The notes under the pieces: model-generated | Seen by the model: only the letters and a program-made list of their open reading frames with translations | Told to the model about the DNA's origin: nothing | Databases searched by the model: none | Shown here: positions 41,661 through 50,976 of the stretch, piece by piece | Numbering within the stretch: position 1 is the stretch's first letter | Layout: each line of letters starts with the position of its first letter | Program-made: the position numbers and the translations under genes | Source of the DNA: an uncultured Bacilli bacterium | GTDB lineage: Bacteria > Bacillota_I > Bacilli_A > RF39 > UBA660 | Direction of reading: 5' to 3' | Length of the DNA stretch: 64,000 nt | Assembly (NCBI GenBank): GCA_910588195.1 | Contig: CAJUPN010000002.1 | Location: 130,375-194,374, forward strand

Positions 41661-43424
41661 TTGGTTAATATGTTTGGTAAAATTAAATACATTGACGATA
41701 TAACAGCAGTTGTTGAAATTCATAAAGAAAATATGGTAGTACCTAATTTAATGAACTTACACGTTATATTTGAAACAAAAGAACAAAAATTATTGGGTGA
41801 AGTAAAAAAAGCGGACGAAGATACTGTTCATATTGATTTAATGGGACAATTTGTTGGTGAACGATTTATTGCAGGTACTATAAAAAAACCAACATTGGAT
41901 AGTAACATTAGAATAATAAATGATGATGAATTAAATATTATTTTAGGGTCTAATAAGCAAGGAAATTTATATTTAGGTAAATCAGCTATTTATAACGGTA
42001 AAGATGTTTTTGTAGATATTAATGACATGTTTTCTAACCATTTATCAATTTTTGGTAATACAGGATCAGGTAAATCTTGTTCTGTAGCTAGAATAGTTCA
42101 AAACGTCTTCTTAAACAAAAACTTCTTATCGTTTAATGCGAATCTATTTATTTTTGATGCTTACGGCGAATATAAAACTGCCTTTAAAGTATTAAATCAG
42201 TTTAATCCTAATTATCAATATAAATTTATAACAAGTAATCCAACAGATGATACCGATGTTTTATTAAAAATACCAGTTTTCCTATTAACAATTGATGACA
42301 TATGTCTTCTTTTACAAGCAGATAACCATCATCAATATACAATAATAGAAAGAATGCTAAAATTAGCTAAGCTTTTTTCAAGAGATGATGAAACAACTAA
42401 AAGATTAAAAAATCATTTAATTGCTAAAGCAATTATGACAGTTCTTTTCTCTAATCAAAATGCTTCTGCTAAGAAAAATGATATTTTTACAATTATTGCC
42501 GATTGTTCTACACCAGAATTTAATGTTAATACAGATATTCAAGGAATAGGTTACACAAGGAAATTCTCTGAATGCTTTGGTATCGATAGAAATGGTGAAT
42601 TCGGCGAATCAGTTTTAATTAACGAATACTTACTTAAATTTATTAATGATGAATTAGAAGCAACTATTGAAGCTCCTAAAGATGCATATTATACTCTTGA
42701 TGACTTAGAAAAAGCCATGAGTTTCACACTTATTGGCGATGGATTCTTAAATAATAGAATCATGCAAGACAATGCCGTAATAATGCAAGTTAGACTACAT
42801 AGCTTAAATAATTCAGCTAACCGTAAATATTTCGACGTACCAAACTACATAACTTTAGAAAATTATATTTCAAGTTTAATAGTATTTAATAATAAGAGAA
42901 GTCAAATAGTTAATATTAACCTAGAAGATGTAGACGACAATCTAGCTAAAACAATGGTTAAGATATTCTGTAAGATGATTTTTGACTTCTCAAAGAGTAG
43001 AAAAGAAAGAGCAGCTATTCCTTTCCATCTATTCATAGAAGAAGCACACAGATATGTTGTATCTGATAATGATCACTTCTTACTTGGATACAATATATTT
43101 GAAAGAATCGCTAAAGAAGGTCGTAAATATGGTGTTATGCTAGACCTTGTAAGTCAAAGACCAGTTGAAATATCTGAAACAGTTATTGCTCAGATGTCAA
43201 ACTTCTGTATTTTAAAAATGACACATCCTAGAGACTTAGAGTATATTAACAAAATGCTTCCTAATATATCTGGTGACATCATCGAAAAACTTACAAGCTT
43301 ACAAAGTGGTACAATGGTGGCCTTTGGTAACGCATTTAAAATACCAGTAATAGTAAAAATGGACATGCCAAATCCTGCACCATACTCATCAAACTGTAAT
43401 GTTGTAGAAAGATGGAAAGCCTAA
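41661..43424 (+). CDS. HerA-like (DUF87/FtsK-HerA superfamily) P-loop ATPase
   Basis: N-terminal HAS-barrel-like region, then HLSIFGNTGSGKS Walker A, and a C-terminal LFIEEAHRY...GRKYGVMLDLVSQRP...NFCILKM block typical of HerA helicases. Confidence 0.65.
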   Translation: MVNMFGKIKYIDDITAVVEIHKENMVVPNLMNLHVIFETKEQKLLGEVKKADEDTVHIDLMGQFVGERFIAGTIKKPTLDSNIRIINDDELNIILGSNKQGNLYLGKSAIYNGKDVFVDINDMFSNHLSIFGNTGSGKSCSVARIVQNVFLNKNFLSFNANLFIFDAYGEYKTAFKVLNQFNPNYQYKFITSNPTDDTDVLLKIPVFLLTIDDICLLLQADNHHQYTIIERMLKLAKLFSRDDETTKRLKNHLIAKAIMTVLFSNQNASAKKNDIFTIIADCSTPEFNVNTDIQGIGYTRKFSECFGIDRNGEFGESVLINEYLLKFINDELEATIEAPKDAYYTLDDLEKAMSFTLIGDGFLNNRIMQDNAVIMQVRLHSLNNSANRKYFDVPNYITLENYISSLIVFNNKRSQIVNINLEDVDDNLAKTMVKIFCKMIFDFSKSRKERAAIPFHLFIEEAHRYVVSDNDHFLLGYNIFERIAKEGRKYGVMLDLVSQRPVEISETVIAQMSNFCILKMTHPRDLEYINKMLPNISGDIIEKLTSLQSGTMVAFGNAFKIPVIVKMDMPNPAPYSSNCNVVERWKA

Positions 43425-43434
43425 TTTAATCAAA

Positions 43435-43463
43435 AACATTTCTAATTTTAGGAATGTTTTTTT
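43435..43463 (+). terminator. intrinsic terminator after the HerA-like gene
   Basis: aacatttct-aatttt-aggaatgtt hairpin (9 bp, one G.U) followed by TTTTTTT. Confidence 0.6.
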
Positions 43464-43527
43464 ACAAAAAAAGAACTTTAAGAATATAAAATATATGATA
43501 TAATATTAGTTCAGACGGAGGAATAAA

Positions 43528-44397
43528 ATGGACACAGAAAGATTAGCAAAAATAATAAAAAGAGTAGAAAATTATATTATAAAAGAGAAAAAAGATAGTT
43601 TTAAGAGTTATCTTATAACTAAATTAGCTGAAGACGATGAGCTTATACAAACTTTTGATATTGCATCATTACACATAAGAGAATCAGTTGTAAACTCTAT
43701 AGAATACGCAGGAGAACATTTAAAAAGAGCTATGCTTTATATGAGAAAGCCATATATTGCAGAAATAGCCTATGTAGTAGGAAGATATTCTATAAATGGT
43801 GTTGAGTTTTTAGATTATTTAAGTAAAAATTTAGAATTAAGTGAGACTGAAGCAGCAGATTTAAATAATTTTAAAACTCATATTGATAAAACAAACAAAT
43901 TAATTGAATCAGGTTATAGTGAATTAACAGCCTCAGAAATTGCAGAATCAACTCTCCAATTTTTAAAAATAGATGAAGAAACAGAAGTGCCAATGATAGG
44001 AAAAGATAATCATTCATATGGTTGTACACAAAACGGAGAAATGATAATATTCCATCAAATAAAAAATGAAACCACTGGAAAAACATTTTTTGTCACTTTC
44101 GTTATAAAAGACAATGATTATTTAAGATATATAGGAGAAACCACTAAGGATCTTGTATATGTTACAAATAAAAAAGGAACATTTAGTGAATTCCAAACAA
44201 AGAGATTTAACATTAGTTCAAGAGAGAACGGAGAATCTCTAAACGAATTAAACGAAGATGTTAAATCACTAACTATTAGCAACGATTTATTAATCTCAAT
44301 TTATGAGGAAATTAAGGAATTAGAACAATTTGATGGTAAATCTGTTCTAGCTGAAGAAATATATAATAAAAAAGCGAAAAAATATAATTTGAAATAA
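43528..44397 (+). CDS. hypothetical protein (289 aa)
   Basis: ORF with the RBS GGAGGAA 7 nt upstream. No recognisable motifs. Confidence 0.5.
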   Translation: MDTERLAKIIKRVENYIIKEKKDSFKSYLITKLAEDDELIQTFDIASLHIRESVVNSIEYAGEHLKRAMLYMRKPYIAEIAYVVGRYSINGVEFLDYLSKNLELSETEAADLNNFKTHIDKTNKLIESGYSELTASEIAESTLQFLKIDEETEVPMIGKDNHSYGCTQNGEMIIFHQIKNETTGKTFFVTFVIKDNDYLRYIGETTKDLVYVTNKKGTFSEFQTKRFNISSRENGESLNELNEDVKSLTISNDLLISIYEEIKELEQFDGKSVLAEEIYNKKAKKYNLK

Positions 44398-44445
44398 ATA
44401 TTTTGTCAAAAAAAGGAATATCTATTTACTTATATAGAGTTAATA

Positions 44446-44454
44446 TGATATAGT
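44446..44454 (+). promoter_or_regulatory. extended -10 promoter element (TGaTATAGT) for the small RNA
   Basis: TG-n-TATAGT is positioned about 7 nt upstream of 44461, the first base of the closing helix. Confidence 0.45.
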
Positions 44455-44460
44455 TAAATT

Positions 44461-44630
44461 ACCTAAGAGAGGTTCAAACTTATAAAACCGACTATTGGTG
44501 ATACTTGGGAATCTAATTGATTTGTGGTGTTGAAGACCTTGTCATTGACTAGGGATCCTAAAACAGATCATGTGATGCCCACCTCGTGCGAGCGGGCTTT
44601 TATCACGCGAACTTCTCTTAGGCTTTTTAT
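44461..44630 (+). ncRNA. Structured small RNA of about 170 nt with 5' and 3' ends paired. Class undetermined; 6S RNA is one candidate.
   Basis: 14 bp helix between 44462-44475 (cctaagagaggttc) and 44609-44622 (gaacttctcttagg), followed by a CUUUUUAUUU tract. Internal GC-rich hairpin 44572-44606 (gtgatgccc..ctc-gugc-gag..gggc-uuuu-atcac) and the tagg-gat-ccta hairpin. Flanked by an extended -10 upstream and a second strong terminator downstream. GC content is well above the local background. Confidence 0.55.
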
Positions 44631-44637
44631 TTAGTCT

Positions 44638-44664
44638 AAAAAGCAAGATTTCTTGCTTTTTTAT
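44638..44664 (+). terminator. strong intrinsic terminator
   Basis: aaaaagcaag-attt-cttgctttttt palindromic hairpin with a U-tract. Confidence 0.65.
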
Positions 44665-44693
44665 TTGCTATATTTTCTTAATTATGTTAATAT
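44665..44693 (+). promoter_or_regulatory. putative promoter of the MoxR-like operon
   Basis: TTGCTA, 17 nt spacer, TAATAT. The RBS AAAGGGGGAG and the ATG at 44725 follow. Confidence 0.4.
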
Positions 44694-44724
44694 AAAAAAC
44701 GTCCAAAAAGGGGGAGTTTTTATA

Positions 44725-45666
44725 ATGACTAAAAATATAAGTGAAATTAAAGAGTATTATATGAAAGTAAGGGAATATCTAGATACCTTAATTATTGGAG
44801 AGGAACATGCAAAAACTGTAATTACCTTAGCATTATTATCAACTAAGAATTGTCGTATGTTAATATCTGGTAAACCAGGAACTGGTAAGACGACTTTATC
44901 AGACAGTATAGCAAAAAACTTCAAATCAAAAAAGATATTTATGACATCTGATTTACTACCAATAGATATCTTAAACACTATAAAAAATGGTGAAGAACCA
45001 GACATATTACAATTTGAAGAACTAAATCGTACATCAGATAAATCCCAAGCTTCATTAATTGAAATACTAGGAAGTAACGAAATAACTATAGATGGTGTAG
45101 GAACAAAATTCAAAGAATTTTATGTAATGGCTACTCAAAATGATACAGAAGTTTCAGGAATATTCAATACACCGCAAGCAGTATATGACCGTTTTGATGT
45201 CAATTTAAGATTCGGTAATATAACTGATGCTGAACTAGAACAAATTTTATTCGAATTTCACCGTAATGTTACAGAAGCTAAATTTGATTTAAAACATATG
45301 TGTGATATAACTTCTAAAGTAATAGATGAATACGAATATAGTAAAGAAGATCGAAATGTCTTAGTGCAAGCGTATAAAATAATAAGAACCGCTAAATATA
45401 AAGATGAAGAATTATTTGCTAGTTCAAATATAAGAGGTTTCCAAATCTCAAATAGAATTGCTGCACTTAACGCTATAGTTCAAAATCGAGTATCAAAAAA
45501 CACATCATGGATTCTTCCAAGTGATTTAGGAGATTATATAAGTAATATTTTCTTACATAGAATTAATCAAGCAGTCTTAAAAATGCATTCACCAGAAGCC
45601 CAAAGAGAAATGGATAAAATATCAGATGATATTTTATCTCTAAGAAGAGAGAAAAATCAAAGGTAA
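44725..45666 (+). CDS. MoxR-family AAA+ ATPase
   Basis: Walker A GKPGTGKTTL. MoxR-type Walker B/box QFEELNRTSDKSQASLIEIL (compare DEINRAsPktQSALLE). Sensor-1 VMATQNDTE...YDRF. The start is placed at the ATG after AAAGGGGGAG, because the ORF-track start at 44653 overlaps the terminator. Confidence 0.75.
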   Translation: MTKNISEIKEYYMKVREYLDTLIIGEEHAKTVITLALLSTKNCRMLISGKPGTGKTTLSDSIAKNFKSKKIFMTSDLLPIDILNTIKNGEEPDILQFEELNRTSDKSQASLIEILGSNEITIDGVGTKFKEFYVMATQNDTEVSGIFNTPQAVYDRFDVNLRFGNITDAELEQILFEFHRNVTEAKFDLKHMCDITSKVIDEYEYSKEDRNVLVQAYKIIRTAKYKDEELFASSNIRGFQISNRIAALNAIVQNRVSKNTSWILPSDLGDYISNIFLHRINQAVLKMHSPEAQREMDKISDDILSLRREKNQR

Positions 45667-45672
45667 TTCATT

Positions 45673-48534
45673 ATGAATGAAGATAAAAAAATAAAGAAAT
45701 ATCTCAAACTCATAAAGAGAAAAGGGGATCTTTATGATGTAATATCTAAAAAAAGAAATGCTACTCCAGAAAGCTTAAATAGAAAATTACTAAAATATCA
45801 TACAATTATTTTATCAAGAATAGCTTATTTAACTCTAGTCTTAACTAGACGTGTTAAAAATCAACTTGCTCCAGTAAATAAAGTAAAAAAAGCTCAAGAT
45901 TCAATTCGTGAATGTGTTGGTTTACCAATTGATATTTTTCGTACAAAAAATCTGACAAAACCAAAAGAAATTGGAGTTATTTTTAGTGATTACAACATAA
46001 ATAAAGAAAAACCTGACGAATTAATGCCACAAGAAGATCTAATAAAAAATTTGAAAAAACTAGCAGAATTCTGTAAAACTTATGAGATTAACAACATTTA
46101 TTTAGAAAAGCACTTTTTAAAAGGCTATTTAAGTAAAGATTTCCTTTACTATTTTAGTCATACAAATCACGCTGAACTATTAAATCATGAAGGTTGGGGA
46201 CTTAAAGGATATAAACTTATAAAAACAGATTTAAAAAATTTATTACTTATCATAGATAAGCTTGAAGACAATAAATATGATTTTAAATACATAAGTGAAC
46301 TGGGAAAGAAAATCGAAGATGAAGTGATAACAGATGCCATAGACGAATTCATTAGTGATAAAGATGGCAAAAAAATTATGTCTATTGTAAAAAGCAGATT
46401 AAATAGACGTATTAATTTAAACGGAACAAAAAAAGATCGAGAATATGGAAAAATTCACGAAACTTATGAACTAGGAGAAAAATTCTTAAAGAAAAGAACT
46501 ATAGATAAAAACGGAAAAATAATAAGCCAAACTATAACAACTCTTTATAATTATTTGGGTGCAGATAGTTATTCTCATTTAGAAAAGAAAGCTAATAATG
46601 AACTTATCAATCAAGAAGAAAATTTAATATCTCTTTTATATTTGAATCTTCTTGGTGAAAAAGAAAAAGAGAAATATCAACCCATTGAAATAAACAGTAT
46701 TTACGATTATATATATCAAATGCATAATAATACTAAAATACGAAAAAAAATTCCTTGGATAAAAACATTTTCTCAAAAATTATACGAAGAATTACCAGCA
46801 TCATTTTTTTCTGTAAGCACCGTTGTTTTTACATATTTGCTAGTTTTATTATTACAATTTATTCCTAATCATCTACCAATAAATCCAAATTCACTTGCTA
46901 AATATAATAAATTCTTTGACGATTTAGAAAAAAGCTATGAATCTTCATATGATTTCGAAAAAAACACTATAACAAAAATAAAGCAAGCTTTTGAAAAACT
47001 TTTTCCTAAGAAAGCAGCTCAAGAAATAACTAAATATATCGAAAAAGAAACAAATTTAAATTCAGTAGAAAGTAAAGATAATAAAGTTGCTGAAATAGAG
47101 TGGTTTACGGAAGAAAGAATACCAGTTTACTTTATCAATGAATATGCAACTTCTGGCCATATATTTTTAGGAAAATACAATTTTTCACTAAGAAGTGCTG
47201 GAATTAATTCATATGCCTTAAGCGATGCTCGTCCAATGTTTCAAATAAAAACAGCTTTTTCTAAAGAATCTTTAAGCCAAATAACAGATAATTATTTCAT
47301 TAGTATACCATTAAAAGTTTATCCTATTGGCGACGATTTTGTCATAACTGAAATATATATTAAAGATGAAAGTGATCCTACAAAATATTTAAAAATCGAT
47401 TATAGATGGTTTGAAATTAACAGAGGTGTTTCAGAAGAAATATCAAAAGAAGAGATGGAAATTTTAAATTCAATGGCAAATCCTATGATATATTATGTCT
47501 ATGGAATTGATAGAAATAGAAAATACAGCCATTTCTACACCAATAATATAAGTTATTGCGAAGGAAACTACGATGAGGTTAAAGACGTTATTAAAGAAGG
47601 TTTAAATCTAGAAGAAGATGCAACAAACGAAGAAATTAACCAAGCTATTGCTTCAAAAGAATATACTTCCTATCCAATGTATAATAAGAAATTTGACATA
47701 GAAGAAATTGATTTTTTCAAAGAAATTGCTACTCTTGAAAAAATAGATGCAGAACTAGCTGGAATTTTAACAGCTTGTGCAAACGAAAATTCAATATATG
47801 TAAGTGGATATAAAAATGCCAATGGTGATGACTACATTACAACTGATGAAGCATATGTTTGGGTTATTGATAATAATGGAAATATTATTGACTTTCTTGC
47901 TAATTTCCAAACGAATGAAGAAATAAATACTCAAACAAATAAAAAAGAAAGTAATAATAGTTTCAATAGTCAAAAAGAAAAATCAACAAAAAAAGCAGAA
48001 TCTCAAACATCAAGTGAAGAAAACAATATAGAAAAAGAACAAACTGAAGCAAATGAAAAAGATAGTAAGATTAAAGAAATATTTAATGCAGTTGCTAAAT
48101 GGGGAAAAAGACACCACATACCTTATTATATTGCTGGATTTATTGCAATCTTAATAATTAATAAAATATTTGGCGAAAGAATAAGACTAAAAATTAAGAT
48201 AAAAAAAGCAGACAATATGCTTAATGACGAAGAATTCCCAGTTATTTATACTGAACTAATGGAATTTATATATGGAGAAGAAAGTATTCCAATAAAGAGA
48301 ACTAAAGAAGAAACACTTAGAATTATTTCTAAAGATTTCTATGCCTTTGATGAGGAAGCGATTGACGAGTTAATAGATGAAATAAATGGTTTAATAAAAT
48401 CAAGCCAAGATAAACAAAAACTAAAAAGAGTTGCAAATCTACTTAAAATGCTTCCATTCTTAAAAGAATACAAAGAAGAAATTAGAAAGTATAAACCAAA
48501 AAAATTAGTTTTAGGAGGAACACATGAAAGATAA
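45673..48534 (+). CDS. hypothetical large protein (953 aa) with two predicted TM segments
   Basis: 7 nt after the MoxR stop. TM helices near residues 370-395 (FFSVSTVVFTYLLVLLLQFIP) and 825-845 (YYIAGFIAILIINKIF). No VWA/MIDAS motif was recognised. Confidence 0.55.
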   Translation: MNEDKKIKKYLKLIKRKGDLYDVISKKRNATPESLNRKLLKYHTIILSRIAYLTLVLTRRVKNQLAPVNKVKKAQDSIRECVGLPIDIFRTKNLTKPKEIGVIFSDYNINKEKPDELMPQEDLIKNLKKLAEFCKTYEINNIYLEKHFLKGYLSKDFLYYFSHTNHAELLNHEGWGLKGYKLIKTDLKNLLLIIDKLEDNKYDFKYISELGKKIEDEVITDAIDEFISDKDGKKIMSIVKSRLNRRINLNGTKKDREYGKIHETYELGEKFLKKRTIDKNGKIISQTITTLYNYLGADSYSHLEKKANNELINQEENLISLLYLNLLGEKEKEKYQPIEINSIYDYIYQMHNNTKIRKKIPWIKTFSQKLYEELPASFFSVSTVVFTYLLVLLLQFIPNHLPINPNSLAKYNKFFDDLEKSYESSYDFEKNTITKIKQAFEKLFPKKAAQEITKYIEKETNLNSVESKDNKVAEIEWFTEERIPVYFINEYATSGHIFLGKYNFSLRSAGINSYALSDARPMFQIKTAFSKESLSQITDNYFISIPLKVYPIGDDFVITEIYIKDESDPTKYLKIDYRWFEINRGVSEEISKEEMEILNSMANPMIYYVYGIDRNRKYSHFYTNNISYCEGNYDEVKDVIKEGLNLEEDATNEEINQAIASKEYTSYPMYNKKFDIEEIDFFKEIATLEKIDAELAGILTACANENSIYVSGYKNANGDDYITTDEAYVWVIDNNGNIIDFLANFQTNEEINTQTNKKESNNSFNSQKEKSTKKAESQTSSEENNIEKEQTEANEKDSKIKEIFNAVAKWGKRHHIPYYIAGFIAILIINKIFGERIRLKIKIKKADNMLNDEEFPVIYTELMEFIYGEESIPIKRTKEETLRIISKDFYAFDEEAIDELIDEINGLIKSSQDKQKLKRVANLLKMLPFLKEYKEEIRKYKPKKLVLGGTHER

Positions 48535-50239
48535 AATAAAAACAAAACTAAACATTTTACTTTTAGTATTCATGCTTTCTCTTACTGGGTGTAAAACTGA
48601 AAATCAAGAACGAAAAATAGCAAATCTTAATTATGAAGAAATGTTAAATGAAAACACTAGTCAAATAAGTATTGATAATGTAATATACACTAACAATTAT
48701 GAAGAATATAAAAATTATTTAAGTAATTTAAATCCTTCTTACGATTTATTAAGAAAAACAGTAAAAGAAAATGACAACATTACAGAAAATAATAAAGAAA
48801 GTATCATAGAAATTATCAATTTGTTTGAAGAAAAAAATATTGATTCTAAAAATCTTGCAATATTATATGAGAACTTAAAAATAATGGTAGTCACTAATGA
48901 AACTACAGACTTTCATAGTTTACTTCAAGAAATAATCAAAAGCTCAATGGAAGCTCAAATCACCTATGAAGACAAAATAGTCTATATAACGAGCTGTGAT
49001 TTTGTTAAAACGAAAAATGATTTGGGGGAAGATATTGTTACTACACTTGGATCAGGTTTTATTGAAGTAAAAAAGGACTTTATTTGTCGTTATTTAACTA
49101 ATAATTCATCAAATAAAATAAATAAACAAAAGAATTATAATAATACCCTTGATATTATTAGTTTCTTTCTTGAAACTACTGGAACAGATTTCAACACTTT
49201 CTTTTCCTACAACGTTATTGACTTTAAAAGCATATTAATAGCTCTAGGAATACCCGAAGATGAAGTATTAAAAATCATTAAATCTTTAGATAATGAAATT
49301 ACAAACACCAGTTCAAAAGAATATAATACACGCGAATTATTTTATAATAATTATATTCCTAAATTAGTTAAGTTCTATTTAAAGTCTGGTCTAACTTCTA
49401 AAGAAATATATAATATCATCGGAAATACTCTAAAAAACAGTACTATTGAAAGTATTCGTGATATAGATGCAACAAATTACAATAATAATTATCTGAATGA
49501 ACAAAAAACTTTATTTGATAATATCGACATACTTATAAGTAACACCTTAAAAGAACATAATAAAGAAACTTATTCTTTACAGGACTTTATTGGACATGAG
49601 TTCAAGATATATTATTCCTTATATGGTGAATATTGTTCTCTAGATTTAGGGACATTATATTTATCTTTCAATTGGGATAACACAGCCTCCAATAATGCTA
49701 ATATATTAATATATGCTGAAGATGATACATTAAAAATATGTAATTATATTGAAAATGAAGATCATTCACTTACTTGTTATAATTATGATAAGCCTTTAGA
49801 TGGTGATAAATATGGCATGAAGCTATCAGAGTTGATAGAATCAGAAGTTATGACAGTCTATGAAGGATATTTAAAATATTACTATAATAAAGAGAATATA
49901 ATTGGATTACTCAAATCAAATAAACTAAACTGTAATTATCAAACGGAAACACTTATAAACGATGAAAACACTTATCTTTATATAAATGGATCAAAAGCTA
50001 CAATATGTAATATCACAATAAATGAGTTAGGTGAAGAAATACCTTATTATATATCTAATGGAAAAGTCTATATATTAAAAGAAAATGCTTTAAAGGTTGG
50101 TTCTCTCAAAGAATTAACTAATGAAAGAGTTATTACTATAGATGAATATGGAAATATTATAATAAATGACGAAGAACTATATAGTCACTTAAAAACACTT
50201 AGTGAAGGATCTTCAAGTCAATTGACACTCAAACAATAG
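48524..50239 (+). CDS. lipoprotein (571 aa), function unknown
   Basis: Overlaps the preceding gene by 11 nt. Signal peptide with lipobox LSLTGC. Confidence 0.55.
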   Translation: MKDKIKTKLNILLLVFMLSLTGCKTENQERKIANLNYEEMLNENTSQISIDNVIYTNNYEEYKNYLSNLNPSYDLLRKTVKENDNITENNKESIIEIINLFEEKNIDSKNLAILYENLKIMVVTNETTDFHSLLQEIIKSSMEAQITYEDKIVYITSCDFVKTKNDLGEDIVTTLGSGFIEVKKDFICRYLTNNSSNKINKQKNYNNTLDIISFFLETTGTDFNTFFSYNVIDFKSILIALGIPEDEVLKIIKSLDNEITNTSSKEYNTRELFYNNYIPKLVKFYLKSGLTSKEIYNIIGNTLKNSTIESIRDIDATNYNNNYLNEQKTLFDNIDILISNTLKEHNKETYSLQDFIGHEFKIYYSLYGEYCSLDLGTLYLSFNWDNTASNNANILIYAEDDTLKICNYIENEDHSLTCYNYDKPLDGDKYGMKLSELIESEVMTVYEGYLKYYYNKENIIGLLKSNKLNCNYQTETLINDENTYLYINGSKATICNITINELGEEIPYYISNGKVYILKENALKVGSLKELTNERVITIDEYGNIIINDEELYSHLKTLSEGSSSQLTLKQ

Positions 50240-50272
50240 TAATCTATAATAGAAAATAACGGAAGTGAAATT

Positions 50273-50944
50273 ATGTTTGATAGATTAATAGCATTAATTG
50301 ATGAAAGCAATTACAATAAAATAAAACAACAAAAAATTTTACTAGTTGGAGTAGGGGGAGTAGGTTCATATGCTCTTGAAACACTAGTTAGAAATGGTTT
50401 TACTAATATAACTATAATTGATTATGATAAGATAGATATAACTAATTTAAATAGGCAGCTTATAACAAATAATCAAAACATTGGTCATTCTAAAGTAATT
50501 GCAGGCATTTTAAGATCTAAATCTATTAATCCTGATATTTTAATCGATGGAATTGAAAATAAGCTTACAGAAACTAATATAGAGGAAATATTAGCACTTA
50601 ATTTTGATTATGTAATTGATGCATGTGACGATATTAATATTAAATTTCTTCTAATGGTAAAAAAAGAACAATACAAATATCAATTAATCTCTAGTATGGG
50701 TACAGCTAAAAAACTTGATCCAACTAAACTAAAGATAACAACATTAGATAAGACTACAAACGATCCATTAGCAAGAATCTTAAGAAAAAAAGTTAAAGAT
50801 GCCAAAATAAAGTATAAAATTAATGTTGTATCAAGTGATGAAGTTCCGTTACCAATAAAAACACTTGGATCTGCTAATTTAGTTCCAAGTGTTGCAGGTA
50901 TTTTATGTGTATCATATATCATAAATGATTTAATAAAAAAATAA
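50273..50944 (+). CDS. ThiF/MoeB-family E1-like protein, probably the tRNA threonylcarbamoyladenosine dehydratase TcdA/CsdL
   Basis: ILLVGVGGVGSYALETLVRNGFTNITIIDYDKIDITNLNRQL is the E1-like Rossmann motif. Size of about 223 aa. Confidence 0.6.
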   Translation: MFDRLIALIDESNYNKIKQQKILLVGVGGVGSYALETLVRNGFTNITIIDYDKIDITNLNRQLITNNQNIGHSKVIAGILRSKSINPDILIDGIENKLTETNIEEILALNFDYVIDACDDINIKFLLMVKKEQYKYQLISSMGTAKKLDPTKLKITTLDKTTNDPLARILRKKVKDAKIKYKINVVSSDEVPLPIKTLGSANLVPSVAGILCVSYIINDLIKK

Positions 50945-50976
50945 TCTAATATAAAAAATAAAGCAAATAAAATGCT

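Noticed and set aside
44461-44630. The small RNA as SRP (4.5S/scRNA) RNA, as a T-box leader, or as a retron msr-msd
   Set aside because: It has no GGAA tetraloop/AGCAGCC domain IV signature and no AGGGUGGNACCGCG T-box sequence. There is no reverse transcriptase gene adjacent. The helix plus U-tract ends the transcript before the next gene, which has its own promoter.
44653-44724. N-terminal extension MLFYLLYFLNYVNIKNVQKGGVFI on the MoxR ATPase
   Set aside because: It overlaps the terminator hairpin and precedes the RBS. The ATG at 44725, after AAAGGGGGAG, is the credible start.
41661-50239. Calling the pdp-tcdA interval a horizontally acquired genomic island
   Set aside because: It has no integrase, no tRNA, no direct repeats and no visible composition shift. 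The accessory character rests only on the unfamiliar gene content, so it is reported as candidate modules rather than as an island.
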